DNA of 64,000 bases from Octopus bimaculoides (GCF_001194135.2 NC_068999.1:40712967-40776966), one strand, 5' to 3'. Positions 25,805 through 38,417 are shown, numbered from the stretch's first letter. A program made the numbers and translations. Notes: generated by a model not told the origin, from the letters alone.

Positions 25805-26025
25805 AAAGGGCAATGAACTGGCAGAATTGTCAGCGCATCAAACAAAATTTCTTACCGGCATTTGCACCGGCTCTTTACGTTCTGAGTTCAAATTTCCCTG
25901 AGGTTGGCTCTGATGTAGATTTCATCTTTCCGAGGTCGATAATATGAATAAAGTTTGAACAATGGAGCCCATGTGATCGATTATCCCCTTCCCTAAAATT
26001 GCTACCCTTGTGCCTAAATTTTGTC
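25805..26025 (+). mobile_element. SINE family B, diverged
   Basis: gaactggcagaattgtcagc...ttacgttctgagttcaaat...ttcatctttccgaggtcgataa...ccttgtgcctaaattt. Confidence 0.75.
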
Positions 26026-27532
26026 TCCATTAATTTTATCACTTCTTACACAAAACGTATATGGTGTAGTTAACTCCAACAAGGCTAGCTTTTTACTGGC
26101 GACACATATTTTTTCTTTTTAAGTAAATGTAGGACTCTTTCGGGAATAGAGAATTCAGAAATAAATTCAGAATAAAGACAAACTAAAGTAACCTTCGAAT
26201 TCTTTTCATTTACTGGTGTTCATATATTAGAGTTTTTTTGGGCCTCGTTAATTTAAAATATTTCGCTTTAAACTTTAACCAGATTTCGTGGTGCACAGGA
26301 GGACTAACAAAACTTTACTGGTCCATTTGGAATGGGAATTTAAAAAAAGAAAAAAACTCTACTGTAAATGGAACCCTTTTGATACCAACCCACCTGAGAC
26401 CGCCCTTCTATGACCAACTTCTTGTTTAGTGATCTAAATTAAGCCTATCCACGTTTCATGTTAACTTAAGTACACCCCCACCGAAAAAAAAAAAGATAGA
26501 ACAATATTTTACTAAATTCTTTATTTTCATTTAGTGTAGAAGAAAATCCTTCAAACTGCTCGAAAATTAGTAAGGATTTTTAAAGCATTGGAATGTTTTT
26601 ATTTAAGTTCATGGGACACCAAAGCATTTCTTCTGGGGCCTTGTTTTAGTGTCATTGGCTTCAACTAAGAATTGTATAATTGGTATACATCTTAATGACC
26701 ATCATATATAATAGAAGCCAGCGGTCAACAACTACCAGACGTTTTCTCTTGACCTTCGAACTACCAGGAGAAATAACATGAATATAATTCGAATTCAAAT
26801 TAAAATCCAAATATACCCATTCGAATCGCTGGAAAGTTTTAAGCAAGTCTATGATAACCGAAACTTGAGAGAGGTGAAATTTATTTGTAAGTACGCAATA
26901 ACCTGACTTCAAAACATTCGACATTGAATGCACAAATTACTTTTCTTATTTTACTATAATGATAAAACCAACATAAAACTTAACTTTAGCCTCTTGGCTA
27001 CTAGAAAGTTCATAATCTCGGAAAACACAATCGCGTGACAAACATACCAAACACTGCTGACACTCAGTGATTATAGATATTTATCTCTGATTAAACATGT
27101 CTCTGACTAAATTCACGAGAGAAACGAGATGTTGCTCTTTCCGCCGCTCTTTAAATACGGGAATCTAAGTACAATAAGTTTCTTCACCAAAATCTAATAT
27201 TAAAGAATGAATATGGTATAATTCCGGTTAGATCATGAGTTGATCAAAATTACATTACATATCATTAAACAATAAAAGAATGCAAGATTAAAAACCACGA
27301 GAACGTAGAAAACCCAATGAAAAACTAAAGTCTATTTATCGATGGCAGAGAGAATCATATGGTGTTACAAATATTCTTTTTTGGATTGTTAATATTTTGA
27401 AAGATTGTTTCATAGGCTTTCCAGGCATTAAATGATACTGCCAGTAATCAAGTGTAGCTTTGTCTCATCCCCAGTATCCCAGTTGAAGGACAACCTCATC
27501 TAACCTTCACAACTACGCTTCTATTGTTGTTA

Positions 27533-27875
27533 TTGGCACTCCGTCGCTTACGACGTCGAGGGTTCCAGTCGATCCGATCAACGGAACAGCCTACTCGTGT
27601 AATTAACGTGCAAGTGACTGAGCACTCCACAGACACGTGTACCCTTAACGTAGTTCTCGGGGAGATTCAGCTTGACATAGAGTGTGACAAGGCTGACCCT
27701 TTGCATTACAGGCACAACAGAAACAGGAAGTAAGAGTGAGAGAAAGTTGTGGTGAAAAGAGTACAGCAGGGTTCGCCACCATTCCCTGCCGGAGTCTCGT
27801 GTAGCTTTCAGTTGTTTTCGCTCAATAAACACTCACAACGCCCGGTCTGGGAATCAAAACCGCGATGCTATGACT
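27533..27875 (-). mobile_element. SINE family C (head type 1), near full length
   Basis: The 3' module is the reverse complement of 24150-24320; the head matches 1520-1600. Confidence 0.85.
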
Positions 27876-27919
27876 GAAAGAATTCAAGAAATCAAATAAA
27901 CTTTAATATGGATGTAGAT

Positions 27920-28258
27920 AAGGCTATGCAGTTAAGCAGCTAGCTTTGCGAACTCGATGTTTCGAGTTCAATCTCACAGTGCTACACCCTGGGCAAGCAT
28001 TTTTCTATCACCCAGAGTCGAACTCCGTCGTGTGAATGGATTTGGAAAGCGGAAACTATGTGGAAGCTCCTTGCCAATGTATATGTGTGTATGTGTGTGC
28101 ATGCATCACCCTACCTCCTCTTGACAACCGGTTTTGGTTTGTTTACGTTGTCGTAACTTAGCAAAAGTGCTTGTCAGATCAAGTGCAAAACTTAAAAACA
28201 AGTAATGTTCAGCCAAACTTGTCAAGATGGTGCTCCAGCATAGCCGCAGTCCAACGCC
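27920..28258 (+). mobile_element. SINE family A, diverged
   Basis: ttcgagttcaatctcac...ccctgggcaagc...cttgacaaccggt...tggtgctccagcatagccgcagtcc. Confidence 0.75.
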
Positions 28259-28825
28259 TTGTTCACAGAAAACCGTGAATTATCAGTACAACTTAATACT
28301 AAGGAGATGCTAATCTCAGCTTAAGGCGCTACCCCAGTATGGCCGCAGTCAAATGACTGAAACAAGGTGCATACAAAGGTGTGCGCGTGCGAGGCATTTT
28401 GATGCTGTATGTGGAGGAAGGGACAGTGCCCATACTTGTTATAGACCTTTCGAGACCTGTGAGGTTTATGCCGATTCTGCTTAAATTACTGCAAATCCGA
28501 ATAGGTGGGAGCGAGAGAAACCCGCGCAGAAAAGGGAGCTTCAGAGTGTCTGATTCAGGGAAGAACTAGGTTTTATGGATTATTTGGGGCCGTGTGTGTG
28601 TGTGTTTGTATGTGTGTCTGTGTATGATATGAGATGGAGAGAGAGACTTAGATTAAGAGAAATTTCTGTGAATGCAACATGGTTTCTACTTGTGTGTATA
28701 TATAAAGTTTTAGTAGAAAAAGAAGAAAGCTTGGGAGAGTGAATATTGATGAATGAAACAGCGTGTGAGAAAATCAAAAGATTGATTAAATAGGAGAGAG
28801 AGAGACAGACAGACAGAGAGAATGA

Positions 28826-28877
<52 letters not shown>

Positions 28878-29889
28878 TGTGCTCTGGCATGCCAGGCAGA
28901 ACGGAACTGCTACTAATGCAGTACGCAAAAATTTGGAGAAAGAGAGATAGACAGAGCGGAGAAGTAAGAGGTACGAGTATATTCACATGTAGATTTTCTA
29001 AAAGACGGCGAAGAAAACTAGAATATCTGCACATACATTCATGTGTGTGTGTGTTAAATAAAACACGATATATATAGAAGAACAAGCGGAAAATACACAC
29101 ACACACATCCTCTTCAATTATTGTTCAAACGATCGCAGCAATTCCACGCCTATATGCATGTATGTATGCATACGCGAGCACACACACATACACGCATTAA
29201 TTGTCCTTTTCGTCGTCTATGGAAGTGGATGTGCTTCAACATACCGGTTTCGAAATCTCTTTGAATCGTTTGGCACTCAATATGCTCCGCATTTAAATAC
29301 GATTTTACTCTATCTTTCACATGCATTCAGCTTCCCACCCCCACGACGCACGTGTTGCTCGAAAGGTCTCTTTAAGTTCCTATCTAATGTATACGTCTCC
29401 AATCGTATGTATAAAGTTTAGCGTCAGGGACAGATGGAATAAAAGTATTCGATTTTAGAAAATAAATAAAAGTACCAGATTTCACTTGTCCGACCCGGTC
29501 TTCCAATGTAGTACTCCAGCATGGCTATAATCTAATAACAAACAGAAGTAAATATGTCCCTCTCTAGGTATGTTTGTATGTATGTATGCATGTTTGTATG
29601 TGTATTTATTTGAATATATATATATATATATATANNNNNNNNNNNNNNNNNNNNNNNNNNNNNNNNNNNNNNNNNNNNNNNNNNNNNNNNNNNNNNNNNN
29701 NNNNNNNNNNNNNNNNNNNNNNNNNNNNNNNNNNNNNNNNNNNNNNNNNNNNNNNNNNNNNNNNNNNNNNNNNNNNNNNNNNNNNNNNNNNNNNNNNNNN
29801 NNNNNNNNNNNNNNNNNNNNNNNNNNNNNNNNNNNNNNNNNNNNNNNNNNNNNNNNNNNNNNNNNNNNNNNNNNNNNNNNNNNNNNNNN

Positions 29890-29942
<53 letters not shown>

Positions 29943-30130
29943 TTATGTATGAATAATTACTTAATGTTTTGGTGAAGTATATGATTATTAATGATTCACA
30001 AGGAAAAGGTTGACAGTGACCTCGATTTTGCAGCGAGCTCACCTTCACTTGACTCTGTGTGTGAGTGTGTAAAAACTTACTGTGAACAAGGTTGCGTGGC
30101 GTTCAATTATAGATAAATATAAGATACATG

Positions 30131-30421
30131 AAGTACAGGACATCACCAACGAGTGAAAATTACGTAAACAGACGAGAGACAAATGCAAGACAAAACACCC
30201 AAAAATATACAACAGGAGCAGGACCCCCACCATCGAGCGACACAAATTTTATATTTTTAAAACTTCTGGATGCTGCTGTTTTATGTTTTCTATCTTGTTG
30301 TTGAAATAGGGAGTAATTAAAAGTCGACAACTGAAGAGAGGTTAAACTTGTTGGCATTTTGTTCCATACTTGTCTCTCGTGTGTCTACGTGATTTTCCCT
30401 CGTTGGTGGTGTCTTGTACTT
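30131..30421. repeat. Inverted repeat pair of about 55 bp (30131-30185 / 30365-30421); putative Penelope-like remnant
   Basis: ttgtctctcgt...ctcgttggtg...tgtactt present in both orientations (about 6 mismatches in 52); spacer carries ctgaagag at 30331. Confidence 0.8.
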
Positions 30422-30474
30422 GTTGCATATAATATTTATTATATATATATATGTCTTTGTGTGTGTTTTATATA

Positions 30475-30678
30475 TACTCTTTTACTTGTTTCAGTCATTT
30501 GACTGCGGCCATGCTGGATCACCGCCTTTTAGTCGAGCAAATCGACCCCAGGACCTATTTTTTGGAAGCCTAGTACTTACTCTATCGGTCTCTTTTGCCG
30601 AACCGCAAGCTTACGGGGGCGTAAACACACCAGCATCGGTTGTCAAGCGATGTTGGGGGGACAAACACAGACACACAA

Positions 30679-30733
<55 letters not shown>

Positions 30734-30740
30734 AATATAT
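30475..30740 (-). mobile_element. SINE family A 3' half; internal microsatellite runs into gap
   Basis: tactcttttacttgtttcagtcatttgactgcggccatgctgg...ggacaaacacagacac, very similar to 12211-12420. Confidence 0.9.
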
Positions 30741-31284
30741 NNNNNNNNNNNNNNNNNNNNNNNNNNNNNNNNNNNNNNNNNNNNNNNNNNNNNNNNNNNN
30801 NNNNNNNNNNNNNNNNNNNNNNNNNNNNNNNNNNNNNNNNNNNNNNNNNNNNNNNNNNNNNNNNNNNNNNNNNNNNNNNNNNNNNNNNNNNNNNNNNNNN
30901 NNNNNNNNNNNNNNNNNNNNNNNNNNNNNNNNNNNNNNNNNNNNNNNNNNNNNNNNNNNNNNNNNNNNNNNNNNNNNNNNNNNNNNNNNNNNNNNNNNNN
31001 NNNNNNNNNNNNNNNNNNNNNNNNNNNNNNNNNNNNNNNNNNNNNNNNNNNNNNNNNNNNNNNNNNNNNNNNNNNNNNNNNNNNNNNNNNNNNNNNNNNN
31101 NNNNNNNNNNNNNNNNNNNNNNNNNNNNNNNNNNNNNNNNNNNNNNNNNNNNNNNNNNNNNNNNNNNNNNNNNNNNNNNNNNNNNNNNNNNNNNNNNNNN
31201 NNNNNNNNNNNNNNNNNNNNNNNNNNNNNNNNNNNNNNNNNNNNNNNNNNNNNNNNNNNNNNNNNNNNNNNNNNNNNNNNNNNN

Positions 31285-31341
<57 letters not shown>

Positions 31342-31389
31342 TTGTGTGTGTATATATGCTGTGTGTGTGAATATATATATACGTATGTT

Positions 31390-31810
31390 TGGATCAATTC
31401 GAGTCTGACAACAGCTCCAATATTCTTAATGTTTTTCAAATCCCTTGGAAACTGCTCTTAATGATCTAATTACCACTGGTATCACCATTACTTTCTTCAT
31501 GACCCATAACTTTCCTATCAAGGTCTTGCAGTGGCTGGTATTTCTCACTCTTATTTTTTTTTTTGTTTCCTTACATTTCACCTTCGAATCGCTTGGTATT
31601 GCAACATCTTTACTTCTTTTTCGTCTTTATGGACGAGCACGATATCTGGTCGTCTCGTCTCGCTTCTATGACTTGGTCGCACTACATGTTAAAATTCCTG
31701 AGTATTTTCTAATGTTTGTTTTCTCAGAGTATTTTGTACGGTATTTTGCTTTACCGCACAACAACAACAGCCAGTGGACATATCTGGCCACATTCTCGTG
31801 TCATCATTAT
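31390..31810 (-). mobile_element. R4/Dong-like non-LTR retrotransposon C-terminal restriction-like endonuclease fragment (decayed)
   Basis: Minus strand with frameshifts: HENVARYVHWLL, CDQVIEA(R)RRPDIVLVHKDEKEVK, DVAIPSDSKVK, KYQPL, GKLWVMKKVMVIPVVI, VSKGFEK, KNIGAVVRLELIQ. This is the RH..V..HW / RPDI..DVA.P..K..KY signature. Confidence 0.82.
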
Positions 31811-32006
31811 TAAGATAATTTGATTCGGCTCCATGCAACTTAGTTTCGCAGGCCTCTTGCTGAGTCCTAATTCGTTCAGGATCACTTTTCCGACCTCAGT
31901 AAACTTGTCACATGGAACTGAATCAAACCGTTTGAAATAATAACACATGTAACTCCTATAAAATGTGTTAAGTGTCATTTTCTTTCGTCTGTCCACTTGC
32001 TCCTCT

Positions 32007-32037
<31 letters not shown>

Positions 32038-32662
32038 CGTGTGAGAGAGAGAGAGAGAGTATGTGTGTGTGTGTGTGTGTGGGTGTGTGTGTGTTATAAT
32101 GAGGTGAAATGAGACAGGTGCAGTCTGACGAAATTATGTTTTCATAAATAAACAGAAATAATGAGACGATGAGATATGAACAGAGATAAACAAACATACA
32201 GCCTCCTGAATAAAATTAATATATTTCCTATCAAACACGACGTAAGTAGTTTTTTGTAATACGTTTGCACGCTAATGCCGAATCTCTCTTTAATTTTTCC
32301 TCAACCTCTTCTTTTTAAACACAGCAATTTAAATTTATTTTTTCTCAATGGTATTAATAATTAAGCTGTATTAAATAACATTTTATACAAAATTTGTTTA
32401 TTGCCTTAACCGAAACGCACGGCATACACTTGGTTAATTCATCCAATATTAATTTTAACCTGATTTTGATATCATAAATTCAATTCGATACACACTTCAA
32501 TATCCATTATGCAAGGCTAATATGAGTTTCTCGTATAAACTTGGTCTGGTTTGTTGCGATATAATAGCCAACTCTAGTCAACCATCATACTTCATTTCCT
32601 GATTCTTTACAGGCATCTCAAATAGTTTTTCAGTCCCCGCCTCCTCTATATAGAGGGAATTA

Positions 32663-32988
32663 TCTCTTGTTTTACATGTCATTGGACCGCGTCCATGCTG
32701 GAGCACCACCTTGAAGGGTTTAGTCGAACACATCGATCAGTACTGAACACTGACATTTATTGTACAGGTTTGGTTCCTTCTGCCGTACTCCAACTTTATG
32801 GAGATGTAAACAAACCAACATCGGTTATACAGGACAGGTTTCCGTACTGTGTATGTCTACCACATTCAATCACAAGGCATTCGTCACCCCGGAGTTCTGG
32901 GTAGAAAACACTTGTTCAGATTGCCGCGTGGTTGGATTGAACCGGAAACCACATGAATATGAATCCGAGCTTCTTAAACACGCAGCGA
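32663..32988 (-). mobile_element. SINE family A, diverged
   Basis: gtcattggaccgcgtccatgctggagcaccaccttgaagg...ggattgaaccggaaaccacatg. Confidence 0.8.
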
Positions 32989-34150
32989 TGTTGTTACCGA
33001 TTCTCCAGAATGTTTTTGTATAACTAATTAAAATTCTGCTGTACATTTTAATTCCAGAGAATTGAATGTCGAAATTCAACGGGTTTAAAAACCTCCGATA
33101 AGCAACCCCACAAAAATCTCTTCATTCAAATTTCCTCCACTTACATTTAGGATTTGGTGGGGGGCGGGGAGATCCTGATTTCCTCGTGAATGGATGTTAG
33201 TAAACGTTTCAACAAAATGTATCACGAAACCAAGATCAAAATGGAGAAGTTTTAGTAATATTTTCTTGATCAACGACAAATTCGATGCTGCGCAATCTTG
33301 GGACACATGACTAAGCGGCCTGTCATCTTTAATATAGTGAGCTGTGGTGACTCTACTCTTCAACAGATAGAAGTAGTTGACTTATGCCTGTACTTTCGAG
33401 CTTTCCATATGGATTTCATTGAATACACCACTGAATCGTGTCAAGCAGTGCATTCATCTTAACATGTCTCTGGAAAAGACAGCGGAGAGTCATATCTTTA
33501 TATTTCAATTATGCAGCAAAACGGATTTCAAGCTTCTTTGTGATGAAACAATACGGAGACTGCATTTAGATTCAGCATGATACTTTGTCAAAATTACGAA
33601 GAGTTCATTGATGTCATTACAATAGCAGAATAGAGCATTTTCTATAGTATAGAATGTTCAATCAGAATTTCGCTTTTAACATCCAGTTTCTTTTGCATTT
33701 AAGCAGAGAGGCTCCGCTTTCTCATTAGACAGCGTGAAACAAGTCTTGAACAAGACTATTCCAGCGTTGTTAAAAAGCATATTTTTGATTCCAAATTTAC
33801 TTGAGGTATGTACTCAAGATCTCTAAAATGTGCAAAGGAATCACAAATTACACATTTATCTACATTAATCTCTCATTATCCGTGGAATCTAATCGATTCT
33901 TCTAAAGTAAAATGGAACTTATATTGTTTAATTTCTGATTTGGCTAAATGCAGGAAAGTGTTTCACTGTTCTCAGCTGGAAACACAAATAAATTAACACT
34001 TAAAGAAACATGTCCATGTCAGGACCTCTTTTATTTTCATCCTTAGACGAAAGGCATTGGTCGTTTTACTTCAACCAATTATGTGGTGGATTTGAACAGC
34101 AAGTTCGCACTTGTTTTGTTTTCTGTTGATTGCCTGGATGACAACCAAAA

Positions 34151-34189
<39 letters not shown>

Positions 34190-34915
34190 CTCCAAGCTCT
34201 AAGCAGTGGTTAAAAATAAACAACCAGAGGTTTGTTCGAAAATGTTTGACATGTTTTAACTTCTGAAGGCAATTTCAGCGTGGAGAAAAAAATCTTGCAA
34301 ATGGTAAACATGCAAACAGATTGAATGGCGCCTTCTCTTTGACCATCAGATGCATTTTTGGCTCTTTATGTCTTCCTCAGTAGAAGAGTCAGCTCAATGT
34401 TATCCATCTTTAGTATCCCCTAGTGAGGAAGGCATAACGAGCTAGGAAGGCATGTAGTGTCACACTGAAGTTGCACATTCATCATGAGCGAGTGTGTTTT
34501 CTCCACTGTAATCTTATTTTTTTACTGCCTACAAGGAGCTACACACAGAGGGGACAAACAAGAAAAGAAGGAAGTGGAAGAAAGAAAGATAGCTGTTGGT
34601 CACGTGAGCAACGAGAGTCAAGGAGGAAGAGTGAGAGAGGGGGGAAACGGTGAAGGGGAAAGAAGAATAAGGACAGACCTATATTATAAACAATACATTG
34701 AAGAGATTTCTCAGGAATTCAATCACTCTTACCTTCCACAAGTCACTGTGTATATATGTATAGAAAGGCACATAACGACCCACTGTATAACTATTCATAC
34801 GCATACTTAAAGGATGGAATACATACGTTTATACATATCGTGTATATGACTGACAGGAAGAATCCAGACAAATAAGCCAGTGGAGACTGACAGAAAGGAG
34901 AAAAATCCAAAAATC

Positions 34916-35040
34916 TAGAGAGAGAAGGGATAGAAAGAGAGAGAAGGGATAGAAAGAGAGAGAAGGGATAGAAAGAGAGAGAAGGGATAGAAAGAGAGAG
35001 AAGGGATAGAAAGAGAGAGAAGGGATAGAAAGAGAGAGAA
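34916..35040. repeat. 19-bp minisatellite (agagaagggatagaaagag), about 6.5 copies
   Basis: Exact 19-nt periodicity visible. Confidence 0.95.
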
Positions 35041-35102
35041 AGAAAAGAATTGCACTAAGGTCGTAAATCTGTCTACAATGATTCTTACACTGATAGAACG
35101 AT

Positions 35103-35340
35103 AGCGGCGAGCTGGCAGAAACGTTAGCACGCCGGACGAAATGCTTAGCGGTATTTCGTCTGCCATTACGTTCTGAGTTCAAATTCTGCCGAGGTCGACT
35201 TTGCCTTTCATCCTTTCGCGGTCGATAAATTAAGTACCAGTTACGCACTGGGGTCGATGTGATCGACTTAATCCGTTTGTCTGTCCTTGTTTGTCTTCTC
35301 TATGTTTAGCCCCTTGTAGGCAATAAAGAAATAATAATAA
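35103..35340 (+). mobile_element. SINE family B, full length (tail variant ...ggcaataaagaaata(ata)n)
   Basis: gcggcgagctggcagaaacgttagc...gaggtcgactttgcctttcatcctttc...gataaattaagtaccag. The core resembles the Meta-domain of MetaSINEs (from memory, unverified). Confidence 0.9.
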
Positions 35341-35362
35341 TAATTATTATTATTATTATCAA

Positions 35363-35868
35363 TACTCCGGCTGGTGGCGGTGGCCGGGAAGGGCAAGCAA
35401 CTTTTATTTGTCTAGTGGCTGTAGCGAAAGAGGTAGTTTGGTGGACCCGTTTGAAAGGGCTAAAGACAGACCTCTTTGGCCAAGCCCACATCAACGTTTT
35501 CAAGTCTTACTTGAAAAGGAAGTTGAGGGTGGAGAGGGAAGTGTTGACTTGTAGCAAGTTTGTTGAAAGGTGGGTGAATGTTGGAAGAATGGTCAGTGTG
35601 AAAGGATCAATTCTGAGCATGCACCTGCAGAAACAAAAGAGGGGCTCTTGCCCTCTTGTTCAGGCACCCGTGGCTTTTGTGGGATTTTCCATGAGGACCT
35701 TATTTTTCCAAGAGGACCTTCCCTGTTGGGAGTTTTAATTCTTTTTCAATTTTTATTATTAGATTGTGTGCAAGCCAAACCCATTGTATCGTCCTGTTTT
35801 TGTCTTTCATGTTGTATGTCAAGTAATGTTTTGTATGTGAGCCCCTGAGGCTAATAAAAAAAAGAAAC
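35363..35868 (+). mobile_element. 5'-truncated Tx1/L1-clade LINE with A-rich tail and perfect 18-bp TSD
   Basis: ORF2 C-terminus-like LVAVAKEVVWWTRLKG...FKSYLKRKLRVEREVL...FVERW; aataaaaaaaag tail; tattattattattatcaa at 35345-35362 and 35869-35886. Confidence 0.8.
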
Positions 35869-35886
35869 TATTATTATTATTATCAA

Positions 35887-36105
35887 GGGGGCGAGCTGGC
35901 AGAATCGTTAGCACGCCGGGCGAAATGCTTACTTAGCGGTATTTCACCCGTCGCTAGGTTCTGAGTTCAAATTCCGCCGAGGTTGACTTTACTTTTCATC
36001 CTTTCAGGGTCGATAAAATAAGGACCAGTTGAGCACTGGGGCCGATGAAATTAACTTACCCCCTCACCCGAAATTATTGGCCTTGTATTAAAATTTGAAA
36101 CATTA
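35887..36105 (+). mobile_element. SINE family B, full length
   Basis: ggggcgagctggcagaatcgttagcacgccgggcgaaatgc...gaggttgactttacttttcatcctttcagggtcgataaa. Confidence 0.88.
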
Positions 36106-36153
36106 TTAACCGCATCTATAGCAAACCTGGAGACAGCTCTGATATCAGCATTG

Positions 36154-36189
<36 letters not shown>

Positions 36190-36309
36190 ATCACTCACAC
36201 TTCTCCCCGATAGATGATATTCGGTAAGCAGCCTAATCAGACAGAACACAAACTCTCACCTAATCCGAATGGACAGAGTATTTCTTTCGGCAATTTATTC
36301 CGGTGTCCA

Positions 36310-36446
36310 ACGTTCAGCGAATGAAAGAAAATAAAGGAAAAGTGAGGGGTGTAGAGAGATTTTCAAAGATAGATAGAAAAGTATAGACATTGAAAGAGAA
36401 ACAGAGGGAGAGACGGACAGAGAGAGACAGACATGCAGGCAATCGG

Positions 36447-36505
<59 letters not shown>

Positions 36506-37200
36506 CAAAAATAACTTAGAAGGAGGTTACAGATAAAAGTGAACATGTAAAGCGATGTTGGTTGAAAACAGAAATTTGTGTTTAATATGTCTTTAGGAAT
36601 CTATTTTAGAAGTCTTCAACAAAAGGACAAACTGCAGGACAGTGAGAGTGATTTAAAATAGACATACACATAGACCGTACTTGTGAGAGAGAGAGGTAGA
36701 GAGAACGACAGAGAAGACACACATGCATTAGGAAGACAGGTAGAGAAACAGAGAGAGAGAGAGAGAGGGGTAGGGAGGGAGAGAGGCTACTCTACACAGA
36801 CAGCCATATAGAGAGACGCTACTGGGGAGAGAGAGAGAGAGAGAGAGAGAGAGTCGTATAGCGTGGAAAGGGAGAGAAAGAAAGAGAAAGATACGCATGT
36901 GTGGAATGAGAGAGAAGCAGACAGGTAGAGCCAGTCGGGAGAGACGGAGAGAGAAAAGCAGAGAGCGGGAGATGGAAAGGGGCAGGGTGGCAAAGGGAGG
37001 AGAGTCAGAGCGAGGGAGCAAGAGACTCTTTTCGAGAGAAAGTAAAAGATTTTAAAGAAAAGACAAAGACGAACATTGGAAGAGAGAGAGGGGGAGAGAG
37101 AGACGATGAGAAAGATGAATATAGTGAAAGAGAGACAGTGTGTGTGTAAGAAAGTGTGTGCGAGAGGGTGAGAGAGAGAGAGAGAGAGAGGGTGAGAAAG
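36310..37200. repeat. Polypurine (GA)n-rich tract
   Basis: Multiple (GA)n runs and G/A-rich spacers. Confidence 0.85.
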
Positions 37201-37460
37201 ACGTGGTGTAAGGGAAATTGAGCTTGCCTCCGAACCATGTGCTTCCGGGGTTCAGTCCCACTGAGTGACACCTTGGGCAAGTGGCTTCTACTATAGCCTG
37301 GGCGACCATCCAAAGGCTTGTTAATGGATTTGGAAACAGAACGAAGCTCATTGTGTGTGAGTGTGTGTCTCCCATCACCGCTTCACAACCGGTATTGGTG
37401 TGTTTATGTCTCTGTAACTTAGCGGTTTGCCAAAATTCCGGTAGAATATGTACCAGACTT
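37200..37460 (+). mobile_element. SINE family A
   Basis: aaccatgtgcttccggggttcagtcccactgagtgacaccttgggcaagtggcttctactatagcc. Confidence 0.82.
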
Positions 37461-38417
37461 GGACACCATTTTGAATGGTTTCCTCAAACAAATGAACCTC
37501 ACTGCCTAGTTGTATATGTCTCTTTAGGTCGTAGTATAAAGTTAAAAGTCCATACCTGTTGTCAAGTGATTGAGGAACATACGCATCTGTGTTTGTGTGT
37601 GTGCATGCATATATATGATTCAAAAATTGCACAGGGCGACATAGCAACACGGAAGATTCACACAAAACGTGGTCATGCTCTTCCCTCATCAGTTATCGTT
37701 AAAAAAATCATAATTTCGTATCACACACACACACACACACAGAGGACGGGAACCCCAAATTTCCGTCTACGAAACTGCTGCACAGCGAGATTGAACCACA
37801 AACCACTCAGTTAAAACGGGAGCTTCTTAACTTCACAGCCATAGAAGCTGCAAAAAATTGTAGAAAAGGACGTTGGCCGAATGAAGGAACATATCGTCTA
37901 ATTAATCAATCCCAAGGTCCAGTATTCAACTGAAACTTGGTGGGCATGGACGGAGCGTTGCTCTTTATGGCACTGCTTTTCAATCGAACATTTGAATAAC
38001 AGGTTTGAATAAACATTGACGATCAAATGCAATCCATCCGTGAGCATCCTTCCATATTCTCAATTGCTTTTATTCTATGCGTCTTTAATTTTTGCTGCTT
38101 TCGTTATTATTGAAATCCAGAGCAAACCTGATACACTCAACAGACCTGTAATGAAAGGCGTTCTCGTTGTGACCATTCCATCTTGCCTATTTAGGACTGT
38201 CTTATTCAAAATCCTTCCTGTTATTCTTGTTTAGCCCTAAATCATAATTAACAGAGCAACCCTAAAATCAAAAGCATTCGAGCCGTTTGCTACTCGCTGT
38301 GTTTCCAAAAGTATGCCTTGGACCACCATATCCAAACCGACCCTTCAATATTGAAGACGGTAGCGATTAATTCAGGAAACATTTGGCTGTTATTTCTAGC
38401 AGGTCGACCGTGTATAA

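Noticed and set aside
28442-29369. 12-bp inverted match agacctttcgag / ctcgaaaggtct about 900 bp apart
   Set aside because: Matches of this length are expected by chance in 64 kb.
34916-35040. CRISPR-like array
   Set aside because: Pure tandem minisatellite without unique spacers, in eukaryotic DNA.
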